From contig CAWEPK010000008.1 in assembly GCA_963810935.1 (NCBI GenBank), positions 160,001 through 224,000 on the forward strand: a stretch of DNA of 64,000 bases, given 5' to 3'. Every line of letters begins with the position of its first letter. Position 1 is the first letter of the stretch. This stretch comes from an uncultured delta proteobacterium (GTDB taxonomy: Bacteria; Desulfobacterota; Syntrophorhabdia; Syntrophorhabdales; WCHB1-27). The notes below the pieces were generated by a model. It did no database searches and was not told the origin of the DNA. It saw nothing but the letters and a program-made list of their open reading frames with translations. Below, piece by piece: positions 30,100 through 41,712 of this stretch. The translations under genes were made by a program, and so were the position numbers.

Positions 30100-33036
30100 A
30101 TGGCCGTCGCCGCCTTCGCGAAAAGATTATGGCGTACGCGCGTGGGGCGGATACTGTTTTGGGCGGCCGTCGTAGTCGCCGGTTATACGGTCCTCGGTTT
30201 TCTCGTCGCCCCGCTCGCGCTCAAACCCGTCCTCGCCTCGCAACTAACGAAATCGATGCACCGGCAGGTAAGGATCGAGCGGCTGCGCCTCAACCCTTAT
30301 ACCCTTCACGCGGCCGCAAGCGGCGTCCGCATATCCGACCCCTCGGGGAAATCCGTCTTCGCCTCCATCGATCAGGTCTACGTCAGCTTCAAAATGTTCG
30401 CCTCGATCTTCAGGCGCGCTATCGTGCTGAATGCGGTACGCATCGATGGACCCTCCCTGAGCGTGGTCCGGCTCGCAGACGGCTCGTACAATTTTCAGGA
30501 CCTTCTGAAGACGACCGGAAAGCCGACCCGGTTCTCCGTAAGCAACGTCCAAATTGCAGGCGGCAGCGTCGATTTCAGCGACATGCCGAACGGGACGGGA
30601 CACACTGTACGCAACATGGCCGTCAATGTCCCGTTTATCTCGAACATTCCGTACTATGCCGACGTTTACATCCATCCCCTCTTCCGCGCGGACATCGACG
30701 GCGGGCACTACGATATCGGGGGTGAGACGAAACCGTTCGCCAAATCGCTGCAAACGGACGTGCGCGTCACGGCGACGAGCGTCGATATCGCCCGTTACCT
30801 CTCCTACCTGCCGCTTTCCGCCCGTATAGGGCGCGTATCGGGGTTCCTCGACCTCGATATCACCGCGTCTTACATGCTGCACGAATCGAATCCGCCCACC
30901 CTTTACATCACGGGACGTACGGCCCTCAGGGACTTTTCGGTTGACGGCAAAGACGGGGCCCCGGTCCTGCGGCTGCCGCGCCTGGAGATGTCCCTTGCGC
31001 ATGCGGAGCTGTTCTCCATGGACGTCAATATCGCCCGTCTGGCGCTGGCCTCCCCCGATCTCACTCTGGCAAGGGACGCCCAGGGCAACATCAACGTTCT
31101 ATCACTCGTTTCTACAGGACAGCAGGCCAAGGGTCAGGAACAGGCGCCCGAAGCCATACCCGCGAAACTCCGGGTGGACGAGCTTACCCTGAACGGCGGC
31201 CGCGTCAGTATCACGGACAGGGTGCCCGTCAAGCCGTTCACGACAATCCTCGATGCCGTCGAGCTGCGCCTGACCAACTTTTCGTCAGAAAAGGACCGGC
31301 AGGCCGATCTTTCGTTCTCTTTCGATACGCCGCACAAGGGTCGGGTATCGATTAGCGGCCGGGCGGGCGTTAACCCCGTTTTCGCGGCTGTGGACACGAC
31401 GGTGCGCAATGTCCCGCTCGCGCCTTTCCAGTCCTACATGCCGCAGGGCACGAGTATTGTCATCGAGGGTGGCGCCCTATCGGCCGTGGGACGCCTTTCG
31501 GCACGGTGGCAAGAGGCCTCCGGTCTTTCCCTCGCCTACGCGGGCCGCGTTTCGTCTACGGCCTTCTCCTGTACCGACGCGGGCACGGGCAACAGGCTGG
31601 TTGCATGGAAATCACTATCAACGGAGGACCTCGCGGCCTCGACGGGCCCGCTTTCCGTCCGCGCGCAGGAGCTTGCCCTTGCCGGTTTCTATATGCGCCT
31701 CGCCATCAATGAGGACGGCACGCTGAACGTCCAGCAAATCATGAAGCCGGCGCCAGGCAAGAAGGGTGATCTCAGGCCGACGCAGAAGGCAGGGCAGGCC
31801 CCGGAGGAGCAACCGCAGGCCTCCTCGAAAAGCACTCTCGGCCGTGTAGAGATCGGGCGCGTCACGCTCAAAGAAGGCGTGGCCGACTTCTCCGACCGGT
31901 ACATCAAGCCGCCTTACTCGGCGCGGGTCACGCATATGACCGGCGGCGTCTCAGGCCTATCGTCAAAGACCGGCGCACCCGCCCGTATCGACATAAAGGG
32001 GCAGATCAACAACTACGCCCCCGTGCGAGTCACGGGCAACGTCGACCTGTTCCAGCCCGAAACCCACGCGGACATCACGGCCACGGTGAGCGGCCTCGAC
32101 CTGACCTCCATGTCGCCCTACTCGTCCCACTTCGTCGGGTACACGATACAGAGGGGCACGCTGACGCTCAACGCCAAATACTCCCTTGCCAACAAGCAGT
32201 CCACAGCAAGCAACCGGGTGGGCCTGGGCCTGTTTGACCTGGGGCAGCACGTCCAGAGCCGTCCGGTTATCGACCTGCCCATCCGGATCGTTATCTCGAT
32301 ATTGCGGGACCGGGAAGGCAACATCAACCTCGATATCCCGGTCAGCGGCGATCTTTCGAGCCCGCACTTCGCCTTCGGCAGCGCCGTATTGGGCGCGGTC
32401 AAGAACGTCCTCGAAAAGATAGTCACATCGCCGTTCTCGTTCCTGGCCTCGCTCATCGGCTCCTCCGAGAAGGACCTCGGCTGGGTCGAGTTCGACTACG
32501 GCAGCCCCGACGTCCCGCCGGCGGCCGGCAAAAAACTCGACCTGATAGCCAAGGCGATGGGCGCAAGGCCAAAGATGCGGACCAGCGTATCCGGCTATTC
32601 TGACGTGGACGCCGACCGGGAGGCCCTGAAGCAGCAGCGTTTCCTCGACCTCCTCCGCGAGCAGAAGCTGAAGGAGACCCCCGGCGGGGCGCAAGGCCCC
32701 GGCGCTCTGCGGCGGACCGACGTGACACCGGCCGAGTACACGAAATACCTTGAAAAGGCGTATCATGCCGCGAAGATAGATAAGCCGAAGAACGTCCTGG
32801 GTTTTGACAAGTCCCTGCCGGCCGCCCAGATGGAGGATATCCTGCGTAAAAGCATCACGGTTACGGAGCAGGATTGCCGCAGTCTGGCCCTCGAACGGGC
32901 CGTGAACGTGCGCACGGCCCTCGCCCGCCGCGAGATAGCGCCCGACCGGCTGATCGTCGCCGAGACAAACCCTCTCAATCCGCCCGAAAAGAAAGGCGTC
33001 AAAAGAAGCCGCGTCGAATTCGGAGTGCAGGAATAG
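30100..33036 (+). CDS. DUF748 (AsmA-like) protein with OmpA-like C-terminal region
   Basis: N-terminal TM, repeated beta-rich units, GNINLDIPVSGDL, KIVTSPF, LALERA, SRVEF. Confidence 0.85.
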   Translation: MAVAAFAKRLWRTRVGRILFWAAVVVAGYTVLGFLVAPLALKPVLASQLTKSMHRQVRIERLRLNPYTLHAAASGVRISDPSGKSVFASIDQVYVSFKMFASIFRRAIVLNAVRIDGPSLSVVRLADGSYNFQDLLKTTGKPTRFSVSNVQIAGGSVDFSDMPNGTGHTVRNMAVNVPFISNIPYYADVYIHPLFRADIDGGHYDIGGETKPFAKSLQTDVRVTATSVDIARYLSYLPLSARIGRVSGFLDLDITASYMLHESNPPTLYITGRTALRDFSVDGKDGAPVLRLPRLEMSLAHAELFSMDVNIARLALASPDLTLARDAQGNINVLSLVSTGQQAKGQEQAPEAIPAKLRVDELTLNGGRVSITDRVPVKPFTTILDAVELRLTNFSSEKDRQADLSFSFDTPHKGRVSISGRAGVNPVFAAVDTTVRNVPLAPFQSYMPQGTSIVIEGGALSAVGRLSARWQEASGLSLAYAGRVSSTAFSCTDAGTGNRLVAWKSLSTEDLAASTGPLSVRAQELALAGFYMRLAINEDGTLNVQQIMKPAPGKKGDLRPTQKAGQAPEEQPQASSKSTLGRVEIGRVTLKEGVADFSDRYIKPPYSARVTHMTGGVSGLSSKTGAPARIDIKGQINNYAPVRVTGNVDLFQPETHADITATVSGLDLTSMSPYSSHFVGYTIQRGTLTLNAKYSLANKQSTASNRVGLGLFDLGQHVQSRPVIDLPIRIVISILRDREGNINLDIPVSGDLSSPHFAFGSAVLGAVKNVLEKIVTSPFSFLASLIGSSEKDLGWVEFDYGSPDVPPAAGKKLDLIAKAMGARPKMRTSVSGYSDVDADREALKQQRFLDLLREQKLKETPGGAQGPGALRRTDVTPAEYTKYLEKAYHAAKIDKPKNVLGFDKSLPAAQMEDILRKSITVTEQDCRSLALERAVNVRTALARREIAPDRLIVAETNPLNPPEKKGVKRSRVEFGVQE

Positions 33037-33236
33037 GCATACGGGCCGGCTACTTGTTCTGTCCGGCCGCCTCTCTTTCGAAGCCGGGCAGGATCGCCTG
33101 GACGAAGATTATTGCGGCTACCCGGGCAAACGTGCCTCTTCTCATTAAGAGAGCCTAGCCACTGTCTGCGCCTGCGTCAAGGAAGAGCTTGCTTGCCCTA
33201 TAATCCGTCTTCCGGGTGCCAACGTCTACGGCCGAT

Positions 33237-33863
33237 TTAGCCCCTTTTATCGAGTATGCCGTTCCACTCGGCGAGCTGGTCCTTGTAGTCTTCGGCCAGC
33301 TTCGAGTAGTCGCCTTTGATTGTAATGGAATCGATCTTGTCGCCTGCGGCTATGCTGTTGACGACGTCCTGGTCCTGCTGGCCGACGACCTGGCCGAAGA
33401 CGGTGTGCTTGTTGTCAAGCCACGGGGTCGCGACGTGGGTGATGAAGAACTGGCTGCCGTTCGTGTTGGGGCCCGAGTTGGCCATAGAGAGGATGCCCGG
33501 CCGCCTGTGGCGCAGCTCGCTCGAAAATTCGTCTTTGAACTCGTAGCCCGGCCCGCCGGTCCCGTTTCCCACGGGGTCTCCCCCCTGGATCATGAAGTCT
33601 GGTATCACCCTGTGGAAGGTAAGGCCGTCATAGAAGCCGCGCTTCGCCAGGTTTACGAAGCTAAGGACGGTCAGCGGCGTCTTGTCGGGGAACAGGTTCA
33701 GCCTGATATCGCCCCTCGTCGTGCTTATCGTTGCCTGCAATGGAGGATAGGACATTTTTTTACTCCAGTTTTGAGTGGTATTTTGTGCGCCGCAAATTCC
33801 AACAATGGCGACAACGGCGGCTATCGCCAAAAGGATGGACGTCCTTATATATCTCCTTTTCAT
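33237..33863 (-). CDS. Cyclophilin-type peptidyl-prolyl isomerase with signal peptide
   Basis: [43 protein letters not shown]. Confidence 0.95.
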   Translation of the reverse strand: MKRRYIRTSILLAIAAVVAIVGICGAQNTTQNWSKKMSYPPLQATISTTRGDIRLNLFPDKTPLTVLSFVNLAKRGFYDGLTFHRVIPDFMIQGGDPVGNGTGGPGYEFKDEFSSELRHRRPGILSMANSGPNTNGSQFFITHVATPWLDNKHTVFGQVVGQQDQDVVNSIAAGDKIDSITIKGDYSKLAEDYKDQLAEWNGILDKRG

Positions 33864-34009
33864 AGCGCGCTCCTCGCTCGTTCTGTTCGTTTCGACATCG
33901 GGCACTAGAATAAGACCATCGGCAGTCCGTTGTCAATCGAAGCGCGATGGACCGTCCGGCGCCTCTTGATGTTGCTTGCTTCTTGCCTTGCGGGGATTAG
34001 ATTGAATGT

Positions 34010-34471
34010 GTGCACCGGCCGACGCCCAGCGCGATTTTCCGCCTCGTCATGTTGCCGCTACTCTGCATCGCCCTGGCCGGACTCCACGGGTGCGCCCTGT
34101 TGACCGCCCCCTTGGCCACTGCCGCTTTCGGCGGGGCCGGGCTGGCTCTCAAGGGCGCGGAGCTGCAAAAGGATATCAAGAAGGCCGATTCCTACGATGC
34201 TTTGGATATACCCTTCGAGCAGGCGTGGGACCTCTCCTTCACCGCACTTTTGGCCCTCGATATCGAGATCGTCAAGAGCGCGAGGACGCCCGCCCAGGAC
34301 GGCGGCGTGATCGAGGCCAGACTCAAAAAATTTAAGATAAAAGTTGTCGTCGCTGAGATAAACGACAAAATTACCGAGGTGGGCATCTGGGTCAAAAAGG
34401 ACAAAGCCCTCGCAGAGTTTCTCTCACGCAAGATCAGCGAGATATGCTGCTCGATGCGGCCTGTGGGCTGA
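34010..34471 (+). CDS. Putative lipoprotein (DUF3568-like)
   Basis: Hydrophobic signal ending LHGC, Gly/Ala-rich segment, then an alpha/beta domain. Confidence 0.55.
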   Translation: MHRPTPSAIFRLVMLPLLCIALAGLHGCALLTAPLATAAFGGAGLALKGAELQKDIKKADSYDALDIPFEQAWDLSFTALLALDIEIVKSARTPAQDGGVIEARLKKFKIKVVVAEINDKITEVGIWVKKDKALAEFLSRKISEICCSMRPVG

Positions 34472-34843
34472 TCAACGTGAACGCATTATTCTCTCGTAAT
34501 TGGCCCACACCAAGTCCTTGAGCGGTCTTCCTATGAAACCGCCCCCGTTCGTAGTCACCACCGTGAGTGAGCCTGCCCTCTGCCATGCAAGCCAATAATA
34601 GTCCCTTGCCGAGAGCATATTGCCCTCAAACTCCGCAAGGACGCCCATGTTATTGATAACGAAGGGGTCGGTCGGGTTCTCCGCGTAGGCTTGCAGCACC
34701 AAGTCCCGGTACCTGTCCGTGTCGCCCTTCTTGTAGCTGTCGATAGCCTGATCGACCAGGCCGTTCACCTTGCCCGCGCTGCACCCGCAGACGAGAACAA
34801 TACACGCAAAGAGCATAACGATAAGCGCTGATTTCTTCATCAT
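34472..34843 (-). CDS. Putative TPR-like lipoprotein
   Basis: MMKK signal with VCGC lipobox; NPTDPFVINNMGV TPR-like helix pair. Confidence 0.6.
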   Translation of the reverse strand: MMKKSALIVMLFACIVLVCGCSAGKVNGLVDQAIDSYKKGDTDRYRDLVLQAYAENPTDPFVINNMGVLAEFEGNMLSARDYYWLAWQRAGSLTVVTTNGGGFIGRPLKDLVWANYERIMRSR

Positions 34844-35035
34844 GTCCCCCAAGCCTGTCTATCCTCGCAAAAAATCAAAAACAACAATATAGGCTCGCTT
34901 GTCAATGATAAAATCATTTTGCCTGCGCGGAAAGGCGCGAAGGCCCTTATCGTGATACGCGTCTCCATCGCCCCGCTTTCTCTCTCGCTTCTATGGACTT
35001 AACTGTGCCCATCTGATAAAATACACGTTGACCGA

Positions 35036-37045
35036 ATGCCTGTATCAACAGCCTTCAAACATGGAAATCAGAACATATGTGCATGCCGGGGCAGACGGTG
35101 GACTGCGCCTTGCCGCGCACTCGTTGCCGTTATAGCACTGGTTGCCTGCCTGTCCGCCTGCGGCAACAACCCCTATCCGGCCGCTTCCGCAGGACAGGCC
35201 CTGTACACCGCCCTGGCCGAAGACCCCCGTACTCTCGACCCTGCGCAGGTGTCCGACGTAACGTCAGGCGAGATAACGAACCAGATCTACGACGCCCTCT
35301 ACCAGAACAGCTACCTCGACAGGCCCTACAAGGTCGAGCCGTCGCTGGCTGCCGGCTACCCGGAAAAGCGCATTTTTAACGAGGACGTGACGGAAAACGG
35401 CGTAGCAAAGAAAGTCGCCCGGATGGAGTACACATTCAGGCTGCGCGACGATATCTATTTCCAGGACGACCCGTGCTTTCCGAACGGCAAGGGGCGCCGC
35501 GTGACAGCGAATGATGTCATCTATTCCATCAAGAGGCTTGCCGACCCGCGGGTCCAGTCCACGGGGTTCTGGCTGGTGGCCGGCAAGATCGAGGGCATCG
35601 ACGACTTTTTCAAGAGGTCCGTAAAGGCGGGCAAGGCCGATTATTCCATGAACGTAAAGGGTCTGGAGGCGCCCGACGACCGGACGCTCAAAGTCACCCT
35701 TACGGAGCCCTATCCTGCCTTTATATACGTCATGGCCATGACCTATACAGCACCCGTGCCTTATGAGGCGGTCGAATATTACAACGCGCCGGGGCGCGAC
35801 GGCTTCTCCCGCCACCCCGTGGGCACCGGCGCATACAGGCTCAAGTCATGGAAGCGGCAGCACCGGATCGTGCTGGAGAAAAACCCGACTTTCAGGACCG
35901 AATATTACCCCTCGACAGGCGCACCCGGCGACAGGGAAAAAGGGCTGCTCGAGGACGCCGGCAGGAAGCTCCCCCTGACAAACGAGATCTTTTACACGAT
36001 CATACCGACGACCCAGCCCGTCTGGCTCCTCTTCCTCCAGGGATACCTCGACGCCTCCGGCATCCCGCAGGAGCAGTTCGACAGGGTCATCACGAGGCAG
36101 CTAGACCTTTCGGAAAGCTTCATCAAAAAAGGCATCAGCCTGGAGATAGGGAGCGACCTGGATGTCTACTACATCGCCTTCAACATGCGCGACCCTCTGC
36201 TCGGGAAAAACAAGTACCTGCGGCAGGCACTCTCGCTTTCGTACGACAGCGACCTGTTCAACCAGATATACCTGAACGGCCGCGCGATCAACGCGCAGGG
36301 CCCCCTGCCCCCGGGCGTCTTCGGCTACGACCCGTCCTTAAAGAACCCGTATAAGACCCATGACCTGGAGAAGGCCAGGGAGCTTATGGTAAAGGCAGGC
36401 TATCCCGGCGGCATCGACCCGCGCACGGGTAAGCAGTTGGAGCTTACCTACGATATCGGGGCGGATTCGGCCCGCGCCCGCGAGCAGGCGACCTTCGACA
36501 TGCGCTGCTTCGAGCAGCTCGGCATCAGGATAAAATTGCAGGTCAACACGTTCTCCCAGTATCTCGAAAGGACGATCAAGGGGACCTTCCAGATCGCCTC
36601 GTCGGGCTGGGTGGCCGACTACCCCGACCCGGAGAACTTCCTCCAGTTACTTTATGGCCCCAACCACCCCCCGAACCCGAACCACGCGGCATTCTCCAGC
36701 CCGGAGTACAACCGGCTCTACGAAAAGATGAAAGCAATGGACGACGGCCCGGAGAGGCTTGCTATAATAAGACAGATGGTGGCAATAGCGGTCGAGGAGT
36801 GTCCCTGGATATTCAACGTGCATACGCCCTCATACGTGCTGCGCCACTCCTGGTACAAGAACGGCAAGAACCACAGCATCACGGGCAACTATAAGAAGTA
36901 CCTGCGCATCGACCCGGAGGCGAGATCGGCTTACTGGCGCGCAGAGGACAGGCCCAACTACAGGGTCCTCATTTACGCTGCCGCTATCCTGCTGGCCCTC
37001 GCGCTGCCCGCCGTATTTATCAAGCGCAGACAGAGGAGGAAGTAA
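35036..37045 (+). CDS. Peptide/nickel ABC transporter substrate-binding lipoprotein (family 5)
   Basis: LSAC lipobox, TLDPA, HPVGTGAY, GWVADYPDPENFL; extra C-terminal TM helix. Confidence 0.9.
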   Translation: MPVSTAFKHGNQNICACRGRRWTAPCRALVAVIALVACLSACGNNPYPAASAGQALYTALAEDPRTLDPAQVSDVTSGEITNQIYDALYQNSYLDRPYKVEPSLAAGYPEKRIFNEDVTENGVAKKVARMEYTFRLRDDIYFQDDPCFPNGKGRRVTANDVIYSIKRLADPRVQSTGFWLVAGKIEGIDDFFKRSVKAGKADYSMNVKGLEAPDDRTLKVTLTEPYPAFIYVMAMTYTAPVPYEAVEYYNAPGRDGFSRHPVGTGAYRLKSWKRQHRIVLEKNPTFRTEYYPSTGAPGDREKGLLEDAGRKLPLTNEIFYTIIPTTQPVWLLFLQGYLDASGIPQEQFDRVITRQLDLSESFIKKGISLEIGSDLDVYYIAFNMRDPLLGKNKYLRQALSLSYDSDLFNQIYLNGRAINAQGPLPPGVFGYDPSLKNPYKTHDLEKARELMVKAGYPGGIDPRTGKQLELTYDIGADSARAREQATFDMRCFEQLGIRIKLQVNTFSQYLERTIKGTFQIASSGWVADYPDPENFLQLLYGPNHPPNPNHAAFSSPEYNRLYEKMKAMDDGPERLAIIRQMVAIAVEECPWIFNVHTPSYVLRHSWYKNGKNHSITGNYKKYLRIDPEARSAYWRAEDRPNYRVLIYAAAILLALALPAVFIKRRQRRK

Positions 37046-38029
37046 TTGGCCGCTTACATTCTCCGAAGACTTTTGCTCGCCGTCCCCACGGTGATCGGGG
37101 TCTGCCTCGTCACATTCTTCCTGTTCAGCGTCTTCGCGTCGCCCGACGCGATAGCCAGGAAGCAGCTCGGCAAGAACCCGACCGAAGTACAGGTGAAAAG
37201 CTGGATACACAACCACGGGATGGACAAGCCGATGTTCTTCAACCTTCAGCAGGGAAAGGACGGCCGCACGCATCCCTTCGACAGCCAGTTCTGGGACCAG
37301 ATGCGCGAGCTGGTTCTTTTCCAGTTCCCTCAGTCCGATTACCTGCACGAGAAGATGAGCAGCCTGCTCAAAGAAAAGATAGGCCCGTCCCTTACGCTGA
37401 CCATCCCGGCCTTTGTCCTGTCGATCCTGATAACCCTGCCCCTGGCGCTCTTTGTGGCCTATTACCGGGGCACGTACCTCGACCGGGTGGCCCTCTTTGT
37501 CTGCGTCATCCTCATGAGCATAGTCATACTCAACTACATCATTTTCGGCCAGTACATCCTGGCCGTCCTCTTGAAATATTTCCCGATCTACGGCTATGAG
37601 TTCGGCCTCGGGGCGTGGAAATTCCTGCTCCTGCCGGTGATCCTGGCGATCGCCGCCGGCCTGGGCGGGAACCTGCGCTTCTACAGGACCGTCATGCTCA
37701 ACGAGGTGCGGGCGGACTATGTGAGGACGGCTATGGCCAAGGGCTTGAGCGAGGAGAAGATACTCTTCAAGCACGTACTGAAGAACGCGATGATCCCCAT
37801 CCTGACGGTAACGGTGCTCTCGCTGCCGTTCCTCATCCAGGGCAGCCTGCTCCTGGAGATGTATTTCGGCATACCGGGCATGGGGAACATGATGCTCAAC
37901 GCCATCAGCAACGCCGATTACCCGGTCATACGGACGCTCGTCTACATCTATTCGCTATTTTATATCATGTTCTCCATTTTGACGGATATCAGCTATACGC
38001 TGGTAGACCCGAGGATCAAGTTCGAATGA
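37046..38029 (+). CDS. oppB: Opp/Dpp ABC permease (OppB-like)
   Basis: DYVRTAMAKGL, KHVLKNA, LVDPRI. Confidence 0.88.
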   Translation: MAAYILRRLLLAVPTVIGVCLVTFFLFSVFASPDAIARKQLGKNPTEVQVKSWIHNHGMDKPMFFNLQQGKDGRTHPFDSQFWDQMRELVLFQFPQSDYLHEKMSSLLKEKIGPSLTLTIPAFVLSILITLPLALFVAYYRGTYLDRVALFVCVILMSIVILNYIIFGQYILAVLLKYFPIYGYEFGLGAWKFLLLPVILAIAAGLGGNLRFYRTVMLNEVRADYVRTAMAKGLSEEKILFKHVLKNAMIPILTVTVLSLPFLIQGSLLLEMYFGIPGMGNMMLNAISNADYPVIRTLVYIYSLFYIMFSILTDISYTLVDPRIKFE

Positions 38030-38039
38030 GGGTAGCTGC

Positions 38040-38975
38040 GTGAAGGAATCGCATTTAAAGATAGCGGCGCGAAGGATACGGAGGGACACGCTGGCCAAGG
38101 CCGCCTTCGCGGTCGTCTGCCTTTTTGCGCTGGTCGCCCTGATCGACGTAGTGCCTGTGCCGCACCATACGGCTGCGGGTCTGCGCTGGGACAGGACCGC
38201 CCTCGACGCCATATTTCAGAAGCCTGTCGAAAAGTCCTACTCGCCGCCCATGGCGACTACGGGCGTATTGAACCGGCAGGAGTTCCCCCTCAAGAGCCGC
38301 CATCTCCTCGGGACGAACAACCTGGGCGAGGACGTGCTTTATAATGCGTTCAAAGGCGTGCGGACCGCCTTCATAATAGGCATCGTCCCTTCCGTGCTGG
38401 CGGCCTTTTTCGCGGTGCTTCTGGGCCTGTTCGCCGGATATTACGGCGGAGTGATCGACGACGCGATACAGTACGTCTACCAGGTGCTCGCCTCCATTCC
38501 TGGTATATTGCTCCTTATCGCCATGCTCATGGTCATGGAGAGGGGGCTATGGCAGTTGTGCATCGCCCTTGGCGTCACCTCGTGGGTTGGCCTCTGCCGG
38601 CTCATCCGGGGCGAGACGCTCAAGGTAAAGAATATGGAATACGTGGAGGCCGCCCGCGCCCTGGGCGCAAGCGATCTCAGGATCCTCTTCCGCCACATAT
38701 TGCCTAACGTCATGTACCTCGTGATTATCGAGATGACCCTCGATTTCTCCGGCCTCGTCATGTCGGAGGCGGTGCTGACATACATCGGGGTCGGAGCGGA
38801 GCCGGGAACGGGGAGCTGGGGCAGGATGCTCATGACGGCGGACAGGGAAATCCCGAACGGCATCTGGTGGAACATCGGAGGGGCATCTATCTTCCTGTTC
38901 CTCCTGGTGCTCTCTTTCAACCTCTTTGCCGACAGCCTGCGGGACGCCCTGGACCCGCGCCTGAGGAAGGACTGA
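38040..38975 (+). CDS. oppC: Opp/Dpp ABC permease (OppC-like)
   Basis: HLLGTNNLGED, EYVEAARALGA, RHILPN, LRDALDPR. Confidence 0.88.
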   Translation: MKESHLKIAARRIRRDTLAKAAFAVVCLFALVALIDVVPVPHHTAAGLRWDRTALDAIFQKPVEKSYSPPMATTGVLNRQEFPLKSRHLLGTNNLGEDVLYNAFKGVRTAFIIGIVPSVLAAFFAVLLGLFAGYYGGVIDDAIQYVYQVLASIPGILLLIAMLMVMERGLWQLCIALGVTSWVGLCRLIRGETLKVKNMEYVEAARALGASDLRILFRHILPNVMYLVIIEMTLDFSGLVMSEAVLTYIGVGAEPGTGSWGRMLMTADREIPNGIWWNIGGASIFLFLLVLSFNLFADSLRDALDPRLRKD

Positions 38976-38976
38976 C

Positions 38977-39956
38977 GTGGAAGAAGTACTGCGCATAGAA
39001 GACCTGCAAACTTACTTTTTCACGGACGAGGGAACAGCCAGGGCCGTGGACCGTATCTCCCTGTCCGTCGGCAAGGCCGGGACACTCGGCCTGGTCGGCG
39101 AATCGGGCTGCGGGAAATCGGTCACCGCCCTCTCCGTCCTCCGCCTCGTGCCGGGGCCGCAAGGCAAGATCGTCGGAGGCGCCATTCATCTTGCAGGCAC
39201 GGACATAACTATGTGCTCAGAGATCGAGATGCGCGACATCAGGGGCAGGCTGGCTTCGATGATCTTTCAGGAGCCGATGACGAGCCTCAACCCCGTATTC
39301 ACTATAGGGTCGCAGGTGATGGAGGCGGTCCGTGTCCATACCGGGATGGGCAGCAAGGAGGCGCGCGACATCGCCGTCGACTACCTTGCGAAAGTCGGCA
39401 TACCGGCGGCAGCCCAAAGGATGTCCGAATACCCGCACCAACTGTCCGGGGGTATGAAGCAGCGGGTGATGATAGCCATGGCGCTCTGCCTCAAGCCCGC
39501 GCTCCTGATAGCCGACGAGCCGACGACCGCCCTCGACGTGACGATCCAGGCAGGCATCCTGCGGCTGATAAAAGACATGCAGAGCGAGACGGGGGCGGCC
39601 GTGCTGCTCATTACGCACGACCTCGGCATCGTCGCCGAGATGGCCGACGACGTCGCAGTCATGTACGCGGGCAGGATAGCAGAATACGGGCCTTGCGCCT
39701 CCATCTTCGCCTCCTTCGTCCATCCTTACACGGAAGGGCTTTTCAAGAGCCTGCCGGGGAGGACGAATAAAGGCAAGCGGCTCTACACGATACCCGGCAC
39801 GGTGCCTTCCGCCCTCGCCTTCCCGCCGGGGTGCAGGTTCCATACGCGCTGCCCCCTCGTCCGTGAAAGGTGCAGGGTCGAGGACCCGCCGCTGGTCGAG
39901 GTTGCGCCGGGCCACAGGGCGGCCTGCTGGGTGCGCGCGCCGGAAGGCGGTGCGTC

Positions 39957-39960
<4 letters not shown>
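38977..39960 (+). CDS. oppD: Opp/Dpp ABC ATPase (OppD-like)
   Basis: GESGCGKS, YPHQLSGGMKQR, IADEPTTALD, CRFHTRC. Confidence 0.92.
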
Positions 39961-40901
<941 letters not shown>

Positions 40902-40937
40902 TGGGGGCCGGGGTCTTTCCCTTGCCATCGAAAGGTA

Positions 40938-40966
40938 GTGACAAACGACTCTGCCACTGCTATATT
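40938..40966 (+). promoter_or_regulatory. sigma70-type promoter of vapBC
   Basis: GTGACA-17 bp-TATATT, followed by an AGGAGG SD. Confidence 0.5.
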
Positions 40967-41002
40967 AATTATCAAGTAAGAGTAATACCTAGGAGGTTGG
41001 CG

Positions 41003-41227
41003 ATGAGGGTTACGTCGAAAGGGCAGGTGACGATTCCGCTAGAAATAAGGGATAAACTGGGAATACGCGCGAGTTCGGAAGTGGAATTCGAGCTACAGCC
41101 TGATGGAAAGGTTTGCCTTACAAGGATCGATAAGCCGGCCCGGCGTCATCTCCTTGTGAAAAAGATGAGGGGCAGGGCCACCACGCGCCTCAGCACAGAC
41201 AAGATCATGAAACTCACGAGGGGATGA
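41003..41227 (+). CDS. vapB: AbrB/MazE/SpoVT-family antitoxin (VapB)
   Basis: MRVTSKGQVTIPLEIRDKLGI; 74 aa; 1 nt before the PIN toxin. Confidence 0.9.
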   Translation: MRVTSKGQVTIPLEIRDKLGIRASSEVEFELQPDGKVCLTRIDKPARRHLLVKKMRGRATTRLSTDKIMKLTRG

Positions 41228-41228
41228 G

Positions 41229-41639
41229 TTGGAGGCTCTCGTAGACAGCAACGTTATTCTCGACATCGTTACTGAAGACAAGCACTGGGCGTCCTGGTCG
41301 GCCAAGGCAGTAGAGGAGTGGGGCGGTATCCTGGTTATCAATCCCATAATCTATGCCGAGGTATCGATAGGATTCGATAGGATTGAAGACCTGGAAAATA
41401 TTTTGAGGAGAGAGTTGTTCCGGCGCGACCCTCTGCCTTGGGACGCTGCCTTTCTGGCCGGCAAGTGCTTTCTGAAATACCGCCAATCGGGCGGAAAGAA
41501 GACCTCGCCTCTTCCCGACTTTTTCATAGGGGCCCACGCGGCAGTGGCAGGAATGGCCTTGATTACGAGGGACGCGTCGAGGTATCAGACTTATTTCCCT
41601 GGAGTCAGGTTGGTGGCTCCCTTCACAAACACTCAATAA
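41229..41639 (+). CDS. vapC: PIN-domain toxin (VapC)
   Basis: LVDSNVILD, IIYAEV, PDFFIGAHA, LITRD. Confidence 0.92.
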   Translation: MEALVDSNVILDIVTEDKHWASWSAKAVEEWGGILVINPIIYAEVSIGFDRIEDLENILRRELFRRDPLPWDAAFLAGKCFLKYRQSGGKKTSPLPDFFIGAHAAVAGMALITRDASRYQTYFPGVRLVAPFTNTQ

Positions 41640-41712
41640 TAAATTGACAAATCGCGCCTGATCTACACAAAATAATCGCATCCGTTAATCACTGACGCGA
41701 GGTGTTTTTCCC

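Noticed and set aside
33050..33145. 31-codon minus-strand ORF MRRGTFARVAAIIFVQAILPG...
   Set aside because: No clear SD or homology cue; may be a remnant or chance.
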